Shown here: piece by piece, positions 11,381 to 23,111 of the stretch | Layout: the number at the start of each line of letters is the position of its first letter | How positions within the stretch are numbered: position 1 is the stretch's first letter | Origin: Fistulifera solaris | Lineage: Eukaryota | Direction of reading: 5' to 3' | Length of the DNA stretch: 64,000 bases | Assembly (NCBI GenBank): GCA_030295235.1 | Contig: AP026173.1 | Span: 434,001-498,000 of the forward strand | Notes under the pieces: generated by a model | Told to the model about the DNA's origin: nothing | The model's database searches: none | Seen by the model: the letters and a program-made list of their open reading frames with translations, nothing else | Translations under genes and position numbers: made by a program

Positions 11381-12792
11381 CTAAGATTGAAACCAACCCA
11401 AATATTCCTGAGAACATTCACGCGTAAATTGAATAGCGTCGACATTCCCCGGAGTCCACAGGGATCCGTACGACGAGGCAGGAACCGACACGTGGTTCCA
11501 GGACGGCTGCGGGGTGTTGTGCAAATACAAGAGACCGGGCGACATGTGGTCATAATCGGCCAAATGATCCCGCCAAATACGATACTCTGTGGCGGAATCG
11601 GCCCGTCGTCGCGCGTATTCGGTCACCGACAAGGGAGACGCATTGGTGAATAAGAGCGCGCGTCCGAAGCCTGTCGGCGGGTAGACACCGTCTTTGGCAA
11701 AGAATTCCGAAACCATGGCCAATTTCCCTCCCGGTTCCAGTAGGCCATTTTGAGCTTGCTGCAGAATGGCTTGTACTACCGCAGCTCCGGAAGGACCACC
11801 CGACGAAAACCAACCATGACGATGGACCGGAATCTGCGGTGGAACCGGCAAGAACGGCGGATTGGCGGTGATGACCTGGTAGTTTCCCGGCACAGGATCG
11901 TCTTGCAACAAATCTTTTGTAGGAAGGTAATTTGATCATCCTCAACTTGATTCAATCGGGCATTGAAAGCCGCCAAGCGGAGCGCCCGTGGATTGACGTC
12001 GACGCCGACGGCGTGGAGACACAATTGTCGTTTGACGGCGAGAATGGCTTGAATCCCCGATCCGGTACACAGATCCAACCACTGTTCGACGGTTTCTTCT
12101 ACTCCCAAAATAAAGTGATGCGCCAAGGCCAAGGAATCCGGTCCCAAATACATGACGGGTTCTTCTTCTGCCAGAAAACGAGTCGTCATCGATAAGACGT
12201 GTGGATGCCAATCCGTGACAAAATAGAGAGTTTCTCCCGTCGGTAGATCGAACGGATACAGGGAAACATACGCCATGACGAGAGAGGAATCAAAGTCACA
12301 GGGAACGACCATCCCTGTCTGGAGCCACTGCTCGGGCAAGGATGCCCGAGGTACCGCCAATCCCAACAAAAAGAGTGCCACCAAGACCGATACAGGTGTC
12401 GTCAACTTTTCTTGCGTCGTCGTCCAATTTGTTTGACCGGCCCTGGCGGGTTTGACGTATACCGGACAAGGACATGTGCGATGAGCCCCCAATACAGCAT
12501 TCACGGAAGCACTGGTATAATTGGCTTGTTGCAACAGGGTTCGTATCCTATCGGCGGTGTCATAAGAACCAATGTGTTGCAACCGTTGCATTGCCCAGGG
12601 ACTGGCGGCTATTCGTGTCGCGGTCGTTCCATCGTGTGGATTTTCCTCCAAGAGGGCTTGATACAAGGGTGCCGCCGCATCGTGTCCTTGGAAACAACGG
12701 ACGTGTCGGGCTGCCGCGTAAGAGAGCGATGATGATACAATAGGAGAGGTCAGGAGACATCCAAATAACACCAGAAGCGTCCCAAAGCGCAT
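11381..12792 (-). CDS. SAM-dependent methyltransferase (MTS/HemK-like) with N-terminal signal
   Basis: VMYLGPDS, LDLCTGSGIQA (motif I), VDVNPRAL, ITANPPF.PVP. Frameshift at about 11915 joins the two ORFs. Confidence 0.8.
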
Positions 12793-13206
12793 TTTCTGTC
12801 AAGGCAGTGGAACCATGTTACGACTTTGTAAATGAATGAATGCTGGTAAACTTTGAAGGAAGATCAATGGAAGCAAATGCGGAGATGCATCGTCGCAACA
12901 AAAAAATGAAGGCTCGTAATGTCACCCGTTGCGACACGAACAGATTCTGTTGCGATGAGTAACCAACGGAAAGAAACACGATTTTTACAATATCAGGAAT
13001 ATTTTGGTGTGACTTCCATCGACACCGAGATGGAAAGTACTGGACTTTCGCCGATCGAGAAAAATGTCCGAACGAACGAGACAGCTTTTATTTTTGTTTG
13101 TCTATGATGTTGATTGTCAACTGTCAACATCGAATGACTCGAGTCTGAATTACAATTCTACCAGGTATTATACGAAAGAGGCTCCATTCTAACATTATCT
13201 CAAAAA

Positions 13207-15163
13207 ATGTTCGGCAATCCGCAAGATGACGAGCTGTTGCCCAAGACGAGAAGTCCGTCTCGACAATCGCAAGCGACCAATCTACCGCTCGGCATACGAG
13301 CGAATTTGCAGATTTCGTTACACGACGAAAATCCGAAAGAGGAAGATCAACAGCCTTTGTTGTTATCCGCCAGTGTACCCGTACGACCACGACGTCGCAG
13401 ACGCAGACGAAGGGATCACGCAATCGAAGAACAACCTCCGTCGGCATGGAGTCGTCGGATACCTTGGAACTGTTTGCGCTGGTTGGGGCGATTGGTCGTG
13501 TGGACCATCATTTTGAGTTTAATTGTGGCCGTCTTTTGGCATTCGTACGAATTGCACAAACACAAGTACGTACCCCCGTCGAGAATATGTATTGCTTCGT
13601 GTCGTTCGTTCATCTCTCTCACACTGTGTCACACAGAACGGAACCCATCAAAATTGCTTGGTTCAGTGCCGGAGCCTTTGTCTTACTGACATTCCCCATT
13701 TCCATGTACGGCATCATCCAGCATTTGTTGCATTACAACCAACCGCTCACGCAAATGTACATTGTTCGTATCTTATGGATGGTTCCCATTTATTCGATCG
13801 AATCCTGGTTGGCCATGCGCTTTCATGAACACGCCATTTATATTGAGACGCTACGAGATTTTTACGAGTCCTATGTCCTGTATTCGTTTCTCCAATTCTT
13901 AATTCAAGTACTGGGAGGAGAAGAATCGCTCATATTGATGCTGAAGGACAAATCACCGACACGGGGATTTCATATGTGGGGATTGCAATTTTGTTTAAAG
14001 CCGTGGATTATGGGACAACCGGTCCGCAAAACGGTCGGTCGATCGGTCAAACGCGTCCATTGGATGTCTCCCTTTTATCGAAGATGCAAATTCGGAGTCT
14101 TGCAGTACGTGTTACTCAAATTTCTTTCCGCCATCGTGGTCTTGTTGTTGGAATGGAAAGGTCGTTATAAAGAAGGCGATTTTTCTTGGTCCAGTGGCTA
14201 TCTGTACATTTGTATTGTTACGAATCTTTCGCAATGCTGGGCACTGTATTGCATGATTTTCTTTATTATGCCACCAAGAATGAATTGGCACCGATCCGGC
14301 CCGTGGGAAAATTCTTGTCGGTCAAGGCCTTGGTCTTTTTCACGTGGTGGCAATCGGTCGTTTTGGCGATATTGTATCAGTGGGGCATGATCCCGGAACA
14401 GTTGGTGAATTTGGAACAAAATTATACGGAAGAAGATGCCGCGAAAGGAATTCAAGATTATTTGATTTGCATCGAAATGTTTGCGGCGGCTTTGGTCCAC
14501 AGCTGTGTCTTTCCGCACACCGAATATTTGTCACACGCGGTCCGGGCCCGGAATCGCGCCTTGCAACGAAAAGGAGAGGACTCCTCGCACCCGACGGGAA
14601 AATGGAAATCGCGGCGATTGGGTCGAAGCAAATTTCATTCGTATGCGAGAAATTGGAAAGACGATGCCAGTAAAACATCGTCGAATGGCATTGAATTGGC
14701 ATCCTTCGAATCCGCGGTGGATGCCCGATCGATTGAAACATGGGAAGACTCTTCCATGTGGCAAAATGTCCAACCCCAACAGGAAGAACCTCGTTCCCGG
14801 ACCTGCAGTTTGGAGGATCCTTGGGAATTTTCACCGCATCACGCGGAAATGGACGAGGCTGAAGCACTGTCACCCGTGCTAGACGATTCCCACCGACTGA
14901 ACGATGATGATGATGATTCGGCCAGTGAAGGTGACGATCAATACACTAGCAGTGAGGAAGATGATGTACCAGAAAAGACTGGCTTTATTCGGGCGTTGAT
15001 TGATTCGGCGATTCCGCGGGATCTCGGAGACAGTACATTGGGCATTGTGAAAGGTGATTATCATGTCGAGAAGAAGACGCTACTCAGTGTCGCCGCTACA
15101 TCCGATCAATACGATCTTTTTGCCATGAAGAGACTACTACCGCGCAAAGAAATACCGCCGTGA
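13207..15163 (+). CDS. TMEM184/OSTalpha-family membrane protein, copy A
   Basis: Intron 13566-13636. IVRILWMVPIYSIESWL, LRDFYESYVLYSF, CKFGVLQYV, PVGKFLSVKALVFFTWWQ, IQDYLICIEMF. Frameshift at about 14265. Confidence 0.9.
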
Positions 15164-15797
15164 ATCATCCGCATTATGCATTTGCACAAAATAGATTCCT
15201 TCCAACCTATTTCGCGAGGCAACACACACCTACAGCATTCGCGATGCGGCTGGGCGGATGCATCGGACCAATAATCCGATCATGTTGCAATCAGGTTGCG
15301 ATGGTCACACAACTATAGCTGCATGTGACAAGCCATTGTTAATGTCGATGCCTCAACCTTTGTTGAAATAGCCAGCAACACACGATAGAATGGAACCCAA
15401 TCAACTGTTTTGTTGACTATGATTTAATAACCAACAGCGGATTGTATACCAAATTTGACGCGTTTTTGACTTATCTTGGCTAGAGAGTGGATGTTTTAGG
15501 AGGTCAACTCGGAACGTAGGTCTACTTGTACCGGGTACGACTGTTTTTGAGTTGTTCTTTGTCCTTAGCCCGATGCATTGTGTCGTGTGTGACATGAAGT
15601 GGTACTGACAGCACACTCGCCATAGGAGTACTCGCCGTCAAAAAATTTGCCCTCGCCTCGACACGAACGACACCGACACCACGACAACAAAGCGTTTTAT
15701 TTTTGACTTTTACATCCTGTTTACGAGAATAATTGCTCGGTTTGTCTTGAATGAAGTGACAAGTCTCACCTAAATCCGTTAAATTGCGAGCAGTATC

Positions 15798-17932
15798 ATG
15801 AGTGAAGCATGGGAGGAGTTTGACGAGCGTCGAAGCAGCAATAGTAACTTGACATCACAGATCGACGACTCGACAACATCGAATTCCCTTCATCCTACAG
15901 CAACAAACGTACGATCTGATTTATTATCGCAACCAGATGACAGTCCAGATGCTGATGAAGAGACTGTACCGTTGACGTCGCGAGGTTCTTTCGAAAGTAA
16001 CTCTTCGACCGTCGATCCCCATCCCGTGATACGCTCGCGGAGTACGATTGCGAATCAACGAAAGCGTTCGAAACGAAGAAGAGCCAAAGATACTGCCTCG
16101 GAAAGAGGATCCAAGTCCTGGGTGCGCACGTGTTTATTGTGGTTTTGTCGGAATACTCGAGCGGTGCAGTCGACTCTTTCTTGTATGAACCTTTTGGCCC
16201 GTTTGTTGTTCTGGTCCTCGATGCTGGCGTCCGTTTTGGGAGTGTTTTGGTATTCGTATGAGCTTTACAATCATGGGTAAGTTTCACCGACAATAAGAAG
16301 TAGTAATTAGGTCCCAGCTGACGCTGTTTGATTCAGAACGGAACCACATTTGATTGCCTGGTTCAGTGCGGGTGCGTTCGTGTTGCTCGGATTTCCGATA
16401 TCGATGTACGGTATTGTGACACATCTGGCCAATTACAACCAACCGGATACGCAAATGTATGTTGTACGGATCCTGTGGATGGTGCCCATTTATTCGATTG
16501 AATCGTGGTTAGCGATGCGCTTTCACAAACAAGCTATCTACATTGAGACGTTACGAGACTTTTACGAGTCCTATGTTCTTTATTCGTTTCTTCAATTTTT
16601 AATTCAAGTACTGGGAGGAGAAGAAGCACTCGTGTTGATGTTAAAGGATAAATCACCAACCCGAGGGTACCACATGTGGGGGCTGCAGTGGTGTGTGAAG
16701 CCTTGGATTATGGGTCAGCCGATTCGCAGGCCGTCCTTCACACAAAACGATCGAAACAACGGAAAGAAACCCGTACGATGGGTTTCTCCCTTTTCATGCG
16801 CTGCAAGTTCGGGGTTTTGCAGTATGTTTTGCTCAAGTTCCTCTGTGCTCTTTCCGTCCTCATACTTGAATGGAAGGGCCTTTACCAAGATGGCGATTTC
16901 TCATCGCATTACGGCTATCTTTACATTTGCATCGTCACGAATCTTTCTCAATGTTGGGCCCTCTATTGCTTGATTTTGTTTTATTTTGCCACCAAGAATG
17001 AGCTAGCGCCTATTCGGCCGGTCGGGAAATTTATGAGTGTCAAAGCTTTGGTCTTTTTTACTTGGTGGCAATCGGTTATGATCGCTATTTTCGATCAGGC
17101 TGGGATGATACCGGAGCAGCTTGTGAATGTGGAGCAGGACTGGACTACGGAAGATGTGGCAAAAGGATTTCAAGATTATTTGATTTGCATTGAAATGTTT
17201 ATTGCTGCAGTGGTGCACTCATTTGTGTTTCCGCAAACTGAATACTCTCCCGATGCTGTCGCCGCCCGCCAGCAGGCCTCACAAGGCCACCACTCCGATT
17301 TGTCTCCAACGGGAAACGGTATCAGGAGATTTCGACGGCGATTGGGGCGCAACAAATTGTTTCCGGCGCAATATCATCGCATTCATCCTTACAAAGACAG
17401 TGTCGGTAAGATATCGCCTGCACATTCAGGTTCTATGGTAGAAATGGCATCCCTTGGTTCTTCGTCACCGCATGCGCTGGAAATGGTGGAGGACCACATT
17501 CCTTGGCAGACATTCCAACCACAACAAGTCAATGGATACAGTCAATATGTGGATCCCCCGCCGATAGAAGCAGATCAATTGGACATAAACGGCGTGGGAA
17601 CAAAAATACCCGGATGGTCAACAATTCCTGGTATTATTGAATACAGCGATGACGAAGAAAACAATCACTTAGATGACACTAGCATAGATGACGAAGGAGA
17701 GAATAGCGATTCGCATGACTCACCGATTGCCCGCCATAAACGCGGATTTGTTCGGGCGCTTCTCGAATCCACTATTCCCACCGATCTAGGCAGTAGTACT
17801 ATGGGAATTGTCAAAGGTGATTATCACGTTGAAAAGAAGACTTTGCTTCATGTTGCAGCAGCGTCGGATCAGTACGATCTGTTTAATAAGCTACGACGGA
17901 ATACGCCAAAAGATGATGAGCTCATGAAATGA
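15798..17932 (+). CDS. TMEM184/OSTalpha-family membrane protein, copy B (tandem paralogue)
   Basis: Intron 16277-16336 at the same position as in copy A. Same family motifs. Frameshift at about 16790. Confidence 0.9.
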
Positions 17933-18048
17933 TTTCATTTCATAAATTGCTAAAAATTGCTACATAGATGATGCGGATTGCGGGATGAAATTCTGTATTT
18001 ATGGGGTGTTAAATTTAACGCGTAGCGATCAACGTTTTCTCCACGTAG

Positions 18049-20161
18049 CTACGATGACGAGGTATGGTGTGCTTCGTCAACGCCATGGATATGTTGACCC
18101 TCACGCTGAGAAAAATTCTGATCTGTAATAAAAGGAGCGTGCGTAGGGTAGGCTGCTGTAGGCGGAAGAACCATACGTTGACTCATCATAAACTGTGCCT
18201 GCCATACGCTTTGCGCCGTGGGTCCTTTTATTTTGACAATTCTTGATCGAGTTCCTGGTACGAACTCGCCTCGTTGGCTCGCTCGAATGCGAGTTCCTGA
18301 CAGGTTCTCCAGCTCCGTGAGCGTACTGCCCCCGCGCCCAAGTATGGAACCTATCATTGAGTCCGGTACAAGTAATTGAACACTGAAAACTCCAGGCGCC
18401 ACCAGTGCTGGCGGCTGAGGTACGAATGCTTCGCTAAAATCTTGGCTTGGCGTAGGGCGGATGGGCGCTGACAAGCTCATCGACTGTTCAAATTGCATCG
18501 CAAGTAGCTCAGGAGCTGATGCACTATGTGATACCGTGCGGCTTTCAGACGAGGAAGATTCTGTTCGTTCTTGAGGCTGCGGAAGCAAATAAAGCTGTTG
18601 GTTTAAACTGCTTGGAGTAGCACTAGGCAGTCCCGAGCTTGGCAAGTAAGAAGCCTGTGGAGTCCTGTAGCTTCCAAGAAAATCGGAAGTCGGAAGGTGA
18701 CCGAAAGGAAGCCGCTGATTGAGCATGATCCCTGGTAAATCGGGGGACGAGGAAATTCGCCTTGGTATGCTTGGAGTCTGAGAGAAAAGATTTACTTCAG
18801 GTGCGGCGCTCCAGTTGGTTGAATCCGTCGCGAGTATTCGACTTTGATTTGAAGAAATAGGTAGAAGTACCGGCTGCAATTGTCCTCCAAACGAGTCGGG
18901 GACTGCTTTCGTGTAGCTTGTCGTCATGTTGGCATACCGACAAATATCAGGATGCGAAATCATACCGTCCAAAAATCAAATAAACGCAGCTAAGACACGA
19001 ATCCAAGGATTGACCTGTGATCGTAACGATGCGCTCCGAGGTGTTCAGCATTATGGACGATAATGCGTAGCCACCGGCATTGTCGACGGCATCTTTCGCC
19101 GACAATCGAACAGACGAAACACCTGTGCTTTCTTCCATGAATTTAATGTTCGATCCAGATTTACCGATGATCATTCCACAACTTGACGCAGGGACTAGTA
19201 ATCGCACGACGAAGTCGAACGCTGGCGTTACTCCTCTTTGGCGCTGCAGCTGCCAAGCTATGTGTTGGGAGTGCTGCTGTTCCTGTAGCATGTGAAGTCT
19301 GCCTAGGAGCAGTCTAAGCGCAGCTTTGCAGTTATCGGGCTCCCCTTGGACCAAACAAACACGGTCTTGAGTACCTGGATAGTAGTCCCCAGTCTGACTC
19401 AGCTTAATCCTCGTTGACGATTGCTTTTGAAAGTCCGAAATCGTTTGCCCGGATCGCCCAATGATTGAACCAGCGACATTGTTTGAGACTAGCAGCTTAA
19501 ATGCTGCTGCGTAGGTTGCTGAATTCGATCTCGCGTATTGGTCAGCTTGATGGGATGGAGACGAAGATTGAGTAGGAGCCACAATGTCTCCGTAGCTCGT
19601 TGGTTGAGCAAATGAAGTAAAGTCGGATTGCGAGCTTGCCGACCAACCGGACGCTCCTTCTTGTGTAAAGTTACTAGTGTGATGTTGAGGTTGAGATGTA
19701 TGAGTACGGGATGAATGAGTGTGTGGCGTGTGAGAGGCTAGCCCCTCTCTTGCAAAGTCAGGCTCTTCTTCGCTTGTGCTCAAGTGAGGTGGCGAAGAAT
19801 TTCCTAAACTTGTTGGTGTTGTGGTGGTTCCGGTTGTAGGAACCGATGAATGTTCGGGCGAGGGGGACTTCGATGTGCCGACTGGCCCCACTTCACATTT
19901 AATGGTTGTTGTGCCCTCAGGAGCTAGTAACGCTATATTTGTAGTAGTGTGGGAAAGGGGCTGACTATGTGAGGGAGCTGTGCTGTGAGAGTGAATGTCG
20001 TGTGCTAAGGATGATGTGAGGTGCTGATTGTGTGATGGATTTTGAGATGTAGAGTTTTCCTTAAGTCAAAATAGTAGCAAAGAATGTGAGAACTAGAAGC
20101 AACCAACAAAGCCCGTCTCTCAGAAAAGGGTTCTGCATCAACGTACACTCGATAAGGACAT
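18049..20161 (-). CDS. Three-KH-domain RNA-binding protein (Nova/PCBP-like)
   Basis: KH motifs AGSIIGRSGQTI, CGMIIGKSGSNI and IGSILGRGGSTL, plus YYPGTQDRVCLV. Inferred start MSLSS at 20161 with intron 20060-20146. Frameshift at about 18972. Confidence 0.85.
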
Positions 20162-21243
20162 AATTCGCTGTTGACCTGTCTGCGAATGTTGACGTCAACG
20201 AGATTGTCCAATTTATAATGTGTTCAGGCACAAATCACAACTAGCAGGAACTACGATGGATTGACAATGCATCCATTCCTTCCAATTCTGCGGAAGAATT
20301 ACAAACTTGGTGAGTGCATCCACTTGTGGAAACGGCTATACGGCTATGAAGCAACAAATTCAGTTCTTTCGCAGGTCACGCATTCTTTACAATAAAGCTC
20401 TGTCTCTCTCTGAAGAAACATTGAAAAGCTTTTCATTTTATCCACCCAAAAGTGAGAAAGGAACGATTTCGCCTGCTTAACGGCGGGATCTCAGGGCCTA
20501 CGTTTGACGAACCGCCGAAGCTCTTCCGACAACAGTTGAAGTCGTTCTTACCAGCAACAATAGACCTTCTTTGTGAAGCGATTGCTCCTTTTGCCATTGG
20601 ATCGAAAAGATGGGAGCTCCAAGAAGATGCACGCACTTTTTGCTCCTTGTCGTCTTCGAAGTTTCATGTCGTTCGTTGCTGACTGACGTGCGTACTTGCT
20701 ACTTGCGTTTGTAGTCTACGTCCGACGTCAAAACATGAGCCATTTAGTCGCGGATACGAAAGGCTCTGTGCATAGTCAAGAATGTACTGCCCTTTTCACT
20801 ATTGGTTTTAGTGTATTTCCACTGACGACGGATGACGTCGACTGTGACTTTGTCTCGTGATTGATTCGTGGTATCACAAACCGGGACTTGATTTACCTTG
20901 TAAATACCTATAGCGATAATGTCTAAACCGGTAAGATAATATCGCCTTAAGTATTCATGAGTATGGTCTAATTTCTCCTACTTAAATCCTTAAATAATTT
21001 TTTTACTATGATGAGCAAAATGCAGTTACTTAGAAGAAATAAAACCGTTCAGGGACACCGAAACGCGAAGAGACATTGATAGATCGATCGAACAACATCA
21101 AAAAAATTCGACCGTCGTTTGCATCCTTCATTTTCTGCGATCCGATTGTGTCAACAGTTCTGGTCGCTCGCTAGCTCAAATTGCTCATTATTTCACAACA
21201 AAACCCAATCAAACAACTTCGTTATCAGCAACAGAACAAAACT

Positions 21244-22311
21244 ATGTCGACAAATCGCATTTCGGTTTACAGTCAATACACCCGCAGCAGCTCAAGTTCC
21301 AGCACCAGCGAGAACTTGCCTCCGCGAACTCTGGCTCGTTTATCGCGAGAAGTCCGTAGTTTGCAGAAATCTCCGCCCGAAGGTGTTCGGCTTGTTGTAG
21401 ATGAAGAGACTGGTTTGCCCACGAACCTGGGAGAGCTCATGGTACGTCGTTCTCCGACTGCAAAGAGAGGTTGCTTTCGCTGCAATTGAATTCGCTGAAA
21501 TGGAAGGTGACCTTCAGTCCCAACGTGTTTGAGTGTCTTCATTAGTGTACCGTCACACTGTTTCCGTTGAAACGCTCTTGTACACAATTCTCTATACCGA
21601 CTTGTTCACGGAAGTCCTGATGTTGTTTTATGTTATTATGGCTAAGAACTTTTGTGTACAAGTTTGCAGCTAAATAACCGTATTGCCGCCGGGGGGTGTC
21701 GTTTCGGAAAATCACGTCTCACTCTAAGCTTGTTGTCGCTGCTATTTAGGCTGAAATGCAAGGCCCCCAAGGGACTCCTTATGAGGGCAAATATTTTCTG
21801 CTGAAGCTTGTGTTTGGTTCGGAATTTCCTGCAGTTCCGCCACGAGGATTTTTTTCTTACCAAGATTTTTCACCCGAATGTCGATCTGTCTACGGGGGCT
21901 ATTTGCGTCAACACACTCAAGAAAGATTGGACATCGGAGACGAAACTTAGTCACGTTTTGGCTGTGATTCGCTGTTTATTGATCGTCCCGTTCCCGGAAT
22001 CAAGTTTGAATGACGAGGCAGGGAAACTATTTATGGAGTCGTACGATGAATATGCGAAGCGAGCTCGTTTACTTGCCGATGTCCACGGACGATCCTCATC
22101 AATGACAAAAGAAGGAGCTGATCCCGCTGACGATGTCACTTTGTCAAAAAGTATAGCAGACGAACGAGGGGTGTTGCAGTCTTCTTCCGATAGTAGCCGC
22201 AACAACAGTCAAAAACCGGCTAGCTCGCCCGATTCTCCTTCAAAGAAACTTGCTGCAGGAGCTGTTGGTGCAAAGAAAGTTAACAAGAAGAAAAGCCTCA
22301 AGCGATTGTAG
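21244..22311 (+). CDS. UBE2S: Ubiquitin-conjugating enzyme E2 S
   Basis: ENLPP, GP.GTPYEG, PPRGFFLTKIFHPNV...GAICVNTLKKDW, CLLIVPFPESSLNDEAGKL and the UBE2S-type C-terminus KKKSLKRL. Intron 21442-21749, frameshift at about 21852. Confidence 0.92.
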
Positions 22312-23111
22312 CAGGCTTGTGTAAACAACGCTCGACGATGACCAGCAGCGATTTCATGCAGCATCTTTTCATCGGCTTTCGAAATATTAACGATGCGCCC
22401 TAGCATTAAATAGCTGAGACTTTAAAAACAGCTAATGTTATTACAATTCTTATTTAGAATTATTATCACATTTTTTATTAAAATGTTTCGGTAACAGACA
22501 CATTCTTATATCACAGCCTATAAGAGCCCACTAAATGGTACTACCCATTACGTTTGATTCTGTCGTAATTTGTAATTAGCATGTCAAAACTTCTTCTTGT
22601 GATCTCTGCGAGTCTACTTCTTCTTGTCACTCTTGTCATCTTTACCTTTTGCCAGCCTCTTCGAGTTAGCTAATAGGAAGAGAACGAGCCTGGTGCTCGG
22701 TGCTCGAACGACACGTACTGCCGACATGGTAGTACAAGGTGTTTCACCAAATCTTTCGAAGGGAACGTTCAATACCGCAAGGAAACCGCTCCGAGCTTCA
22801 TTAACTAATTTGACGTATACACGCCAGACGGTGTCCGTACATTTTTTAAGATCAGAAAAATCCGATGGACGTCGAGCAGAGAAGCCTCGATCGACGGCAA
22901 CATTTTGCAGTCGAAGAAAAGACGCGTTGTCATCATTGTTGCATACCTTGTCAAGGCAACGAAAGAAAACGCCGCTCTTTTCGAGAAAAATAAATTTTCT
23001 TTTGCAGGACCCTTTATCAGCAATATACAGGCCTGCTAGCACGAGAGGAGTCGCGCAATCTCAGTGAAAGTTCATTGTTTCGTGCAAGGTATTAATTCTC
23101 TACTCGAGAAA

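Noticed and set aside
22320..23110. ORFs 22614-23042 and 22624-23067, or a cobalamin riboswitch upstream of METH
   Set aside because: The ORFs have no recognisable motifs and look like promoter/UTR sequence. I could not identify a B12-box, and cobalamin riboswitches are not established in eukaryotic nuclear genes.
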